Virus record (IMG/VR): IMGVR_UViG_3300033067_002342
Span: 1-25,103 of that record
From: a virus
Taxonomy: Duplodnaviria > Caudoviricetes
Strand: one strand, 5' to 3'
DNA length: 25,103 bases
Shown here piece after piece: positions 22,465 through 25,103 of this stretch. The translations under genes were made by a program, and so were the position numbers. The notes below the pieces were generated by a model. That model searched no databases. It saw only the letters and a list, made by a program, of their open reading frames with translations, and was not told the origin of the DNA. How positions within the stretch are numbered: position 1 is the stretch's first letter; each line of letters opens with the position of its first letter.

Positions 22465-23070
22465 TCAGTTCCCCAAACAGACGAAGGGCAGCGTGCCCCA
22501 GTGAGAGCCGTTGCGCGGCTCGGCGCGAACGACGAAAGAGCCAGCCGCCTGCGACAGCACGGTGGTGATGAGGCCCTCGACGCTGGCCTCTTCGCCGGTC
22601 GGGACGCAGGTGATGACAGATGCACCGGACGCCCACGCAGCCGTCACGGTGGTGAGCGTGTCGAGCGTCCCGCCGTCGAACGACGCGACGCCCGACGCGG
22701 TGTTGACGGAGCCGCCACCGCCCGTGAAGGTGCAGACCGTCTTACCGCCCGTGTCGGCGCAGGTGACGGACGAGCCCACCATGTTCAGCGTCGTGCGCTT
22801 CGTCAGCGGCACGCCCTCGTCCTCGACGACGTTGTAGCCGCCGTCGAAGTCAGACGTGCCGCCCGTGCCGCCGCTGGCCGTGACGATGATGGTGGCGACC
22901 GAGCCGCGCCGGCTGCACACCACACCGCCGTCGCACAGCACGGCCGTAAGGGGCTGCCCGTTGAGGTTGAGGGAGGCCGGCTGCGCGTCGGCCATGCACG
23001 CGACCAACTGCACAGCGACGATGAAGCACCAGAGCGCCACCACAACCCCGGCTTTCTCACGCTCTCTCAT
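22465..23070 (-). CDS. Gly/Thr-rich fibre-like protein with signal-peptide-like N-terminus
   Basis: 201 aa. Hydrophobic VVVALWCFIVAVQLVACMADA; contains VEDEGVPLTKRTTLNMVGSSVT, a motif seen in phage fibre shafts; several Cys; GGGGAG SD. Confidence 0.7.
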   Translation of the reverse strand: MREREKAGVVVALWCFIVAVQLVACMADAQPASLNLNGQPLTAVLCDGGVVCSRRGSVATIIVTASGGTGGTSDFDGGYNVVEDEGVPLTKRTTLNMVGSSVTCADTGGKTVCTFTGGGGSVNTASGVASFDGGTLDTLTTVTAAWASGASVITCVPTGEEASVEGLITTVLSQAAGSFVVRAEPRNGSHWGTLPFVCLGN

Positions 23071-23417
23071 CGGCTCCCCTCGTCTGGCCGCGCCGTCACC
23101 ATCACGGTGGTGGAAACCGTGGCCGCCTGGCCGTACGCGGCCACCTCGAGGTTCGCCCCACAGTCGACGTCGACGCGCCCCGTCTCGCCGGGCTGAATGA
23201 TGCCGTCGCCGGAGGGCGTGTTGAACGTCAGCGGGCTGGGGCCGTAGGGCTCGGAGAGGTCGATTCGCGCCTTGAGGTACGGCGTCAGCGCCTCAACCCC
23301 GGTGTTCCGAATGCTGATGGAGAGAATGGCGCTGTCGCGCACGTCCCACGCGCCGAGCTCCGTCTCAACCGCCAGACACGTGACGGGCGTCGGGCGCTGC
23401 TTCACGGGTAGCGTCAT
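23067..23417 (-). CDS. Hypothetical small beta-sandwich protein
   Basis: 116 aa, ATGA overlap with the portal stop and with the next gene's start; ISIRNTG...IQPGET pattern. Confidence 0.7.
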   Translation of the reverse strand: MTLPVKQRPTPVTCLAVETELGAWDVRDSAILSISIRNTGVEALTPYLKARIDLSEPYGPSPLTFNTPSGDGIIQPGETGRVDVDCGANLEVAAYGQAATVSTTVMVTARPDEGSR

Positions 23418-25084
23418 CGCGCACCCACGCCCCGCATCATCTCAGTGAGGGCGTTGTTGCCGGCCGTGTCGGTGTCCGCGAGCGTCTGCGCGACGTCGGC
23501 CTTCTGCTGCGCACCAGCCGCAGCAGCCTGCTGCTGCATCGCCTTGGCACGCTGCGCCCGAAGCGCCTTCACGTCGTCGTCAGCCCTCAGCAGCGCCTGC
23601 GGCGTGCCCACCATGTCGGCATACGCCTTCACGGCCGCATCAATGTCGATGGTGTCGGCCGCTTCGATGTTCGTCTGTGAAAGCGTTTGCACAAACACCG
23701 CGATGCGCTCGACGCCCGTCACGCCCTGCAGCTTCTGCGCAGCGGCCATGATGGAGAGGAACTCGATCCGCAGCGTCTGCCCCTTCATCTCAGGGGGCGG
23801 GGGAGGCAACCGGCCCTGACGGCTGAGGATGGCGAAGCAGCGGGTGACGGCTGGATCGAGGAGCTCGTCCTTCAACTTCTGCAGCACCGTGCCCAGCTGC
23901 AGCATCTTCTCTTCGCGGCGCTCCACCACCTCGCGGGCCGTCATGTCGCCGTCTGCCTGCGACAGCATCAGCCAGAGATCCGCGTAGTAGGCCTGCTTGA
24001 TGCGGGCCTCGGTGATGGCGATCTCCTGCGAGACGCGCTCGATGGCGTTGGGCTGCACCTCGTACGCGGGGCGGAAGGCCTGCCCAGCGCCGGGTGAGTC
24101 GACGGGCGTGAAGCCGCCGGGCAGCAGGCTGATGGGCGTGTTCCGCAGCGACGCGGGCCCGGCCATCGGCGGGTTGTAGGACTTCTCGATCAGCTGAGCC
24201 TTGCGCTTCTCAAGCAGCTGCAGCGCGCGGCAGTCACCCAGCGCCGTCATGCCCGGGCTGGTGCCGTAGACGTCCTCGCCCGTCGTCTCCCACCTGGGCG
24301 CGAAGAAGGGCTTCTCCTCGTACCCGGACACGCGGAGGAAGCGCGAGGCGCCTTCGTCGTCGGCCGGCGTCTTCTCCTCCCACCAGAGCGACACCCACGG
24401 CTTGCCGTTCGCCTCGCGCTGCGCGACGGCGTCTTCAGCCGGCATGATGCAGTGCACCACCTCGACGTTCTCTTCGAGGCGCTTCTCGTTCCACATCGTG
24501 CGCACGGCCAGCGACACGGCATCGAGGCCGAACTTCCGCACGAGCTGCCGCACCGTCATGGTGGTGCGGCGGTAGAGGGTGTCGCACGCCAGCCTGTCGG
24601 ACTGCGCGAGGAAGTAGCTCCCAACGGGCACGTGGAAGAGGCGCAGCGAGTCTTCCTCGTCCTCCTCCATGATGCAGCACGAGGTGCCGAAGTCGGACAG
24701 GTCCGCGTAGATGCTGTGCAGGGCGTTGTAGAAGTTCGAGCGGTCGAAGGCCTCGCGGATCTCCCGGGAAGCCTCCTCGAGGTACACCTGCCCCGCGGCG
24801 CTCTTCGCCACTTCCTTGTCGGGCGTTGACAGCAGGAACCACGGGCGAGCTGGGCTGGTGATGCCGCCCATCAGGCCAGCGGCCAGCGTGCGCGAGGCGA
24901 AGAAGGGCGTGCCGTTGACGATGCTGGAGTCTTTGCGCTGACCCTGCGTCGTGACGTCCTGCGCCAGCATGCGCACGGAGCGCGGCCGCACCTGCTCCGC
25001 GATGCTGCGCCAGTGATCTCTCCAACTGGACGCCTCAGCCTCGAGCGCGACGTACCGCTTCCGGTGCTCGCCGACGGTCAGCAT
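23414..25084 (-). CDS. Portal (head-tail connector) protein, T7 gp8/Bbp21 family
   Basis: 556 aa. LAAGLMGGITSPARPWF, SNFY...YADLSDFGT, RWETTGEDVYGTSPGM.ALGD...LQ and MTAREVVERREEKMLQLG motifs. Confidence 0.95.
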   Translation of the reverse strand: MLTVGEHRKRYVALEAEASSWRDHWRSIAEQVRPRSVRMLAQDVTTQGQRKDSSIVNGTPFFASRTLAAGLMGGITSPARPWFLLSTPDKEVAKSAAGQVYLEEASREIREAFDRSNFYNALHSIYADLSDFGTSCCIMEEDEEDSLRLFHVPVGSYFLAQSDRLACDTLYRRTTMTVRQLVRKFGLDAVSLAVRTMWNEKRLEENVEVVHCIMPAEDAVAQREANGKPWVSLWWEEKTPADDEGASRFLRVSGYEEKPFFAPRWETTGEDVYGTSPGMTALGDCRALQLLEKRKAQLIEKSYNPPMAGPASLRNTPISLLPGGFTPVDSPGAGQAFRPAYEVQPNAIERVSQEIAITEARIKQAYYADLWLMLSQADGDMTAREVVERREEKMLQLGTVLQKLKDELLDPAVTRCFAILSRQGRLPPPPPEMKGQTLRIEFLSIMAAAQKLQGVTGVERIAVFVQTLSQTNIEAADTIDIDAAVKAYADMVGTPQALLRADDDVKALRAQRAKAMQQQAAAAGAQQKADVAQTLADTDTAGNNALTEMMRGVGAR

Positions 25085-25103
25085 CAGCCCCCCAGCGGGG
25101 GCA

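Noticed and set aside
25084-25103. 3' end of an upstream gene (…PPLGG*) overlapping the portal start
   Set aside because: Plausible from the TGATG overlap, but only five codons are visible, too little to annotate.

Overview
A GC-rich, gene-dense virion morphogenesis operon from a short-tailed (podovirus-type) phage or prophage of the BPP-1/epsilon15 style, encoded entirely on the minus strand. Gene order in the direction of transcription: portal, a four-gene insert, Bbp19-like gene, scaffold, major capsid, cement, a tRNA-Met(CAT), a hypothetical gene, tail adaptor, nozzle, GNAT-fold gp13-like protein, three internal (ejection) proteins, tail fibre, a putative head-spike base/fibre pair and a truncated membrane-anchored gene. 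The most striking element is the 3003-aa ejection protein. It is a polyvalent protein carrying tandem GGDEF-like domains (one degenerate, one with an SGDEY motif), a GNAT domain, an unknown module and an HExxH metallopeptidase. A 94-aa gene appears to be overprinted in another frame immediately after the GGDEF pair. Other notable signals are a repeated GTCCGCA-N8-xAxxxT-N6/7-ATG element in front of three genes that lack a Shine-Dalgarno (SD) sequence, an initiator-like tRNA with altered identity elements, and several virion-type proteins with signal-peptide-like N-termini. All family assignments come from motif recognition and gene order by eye; no searches were run.
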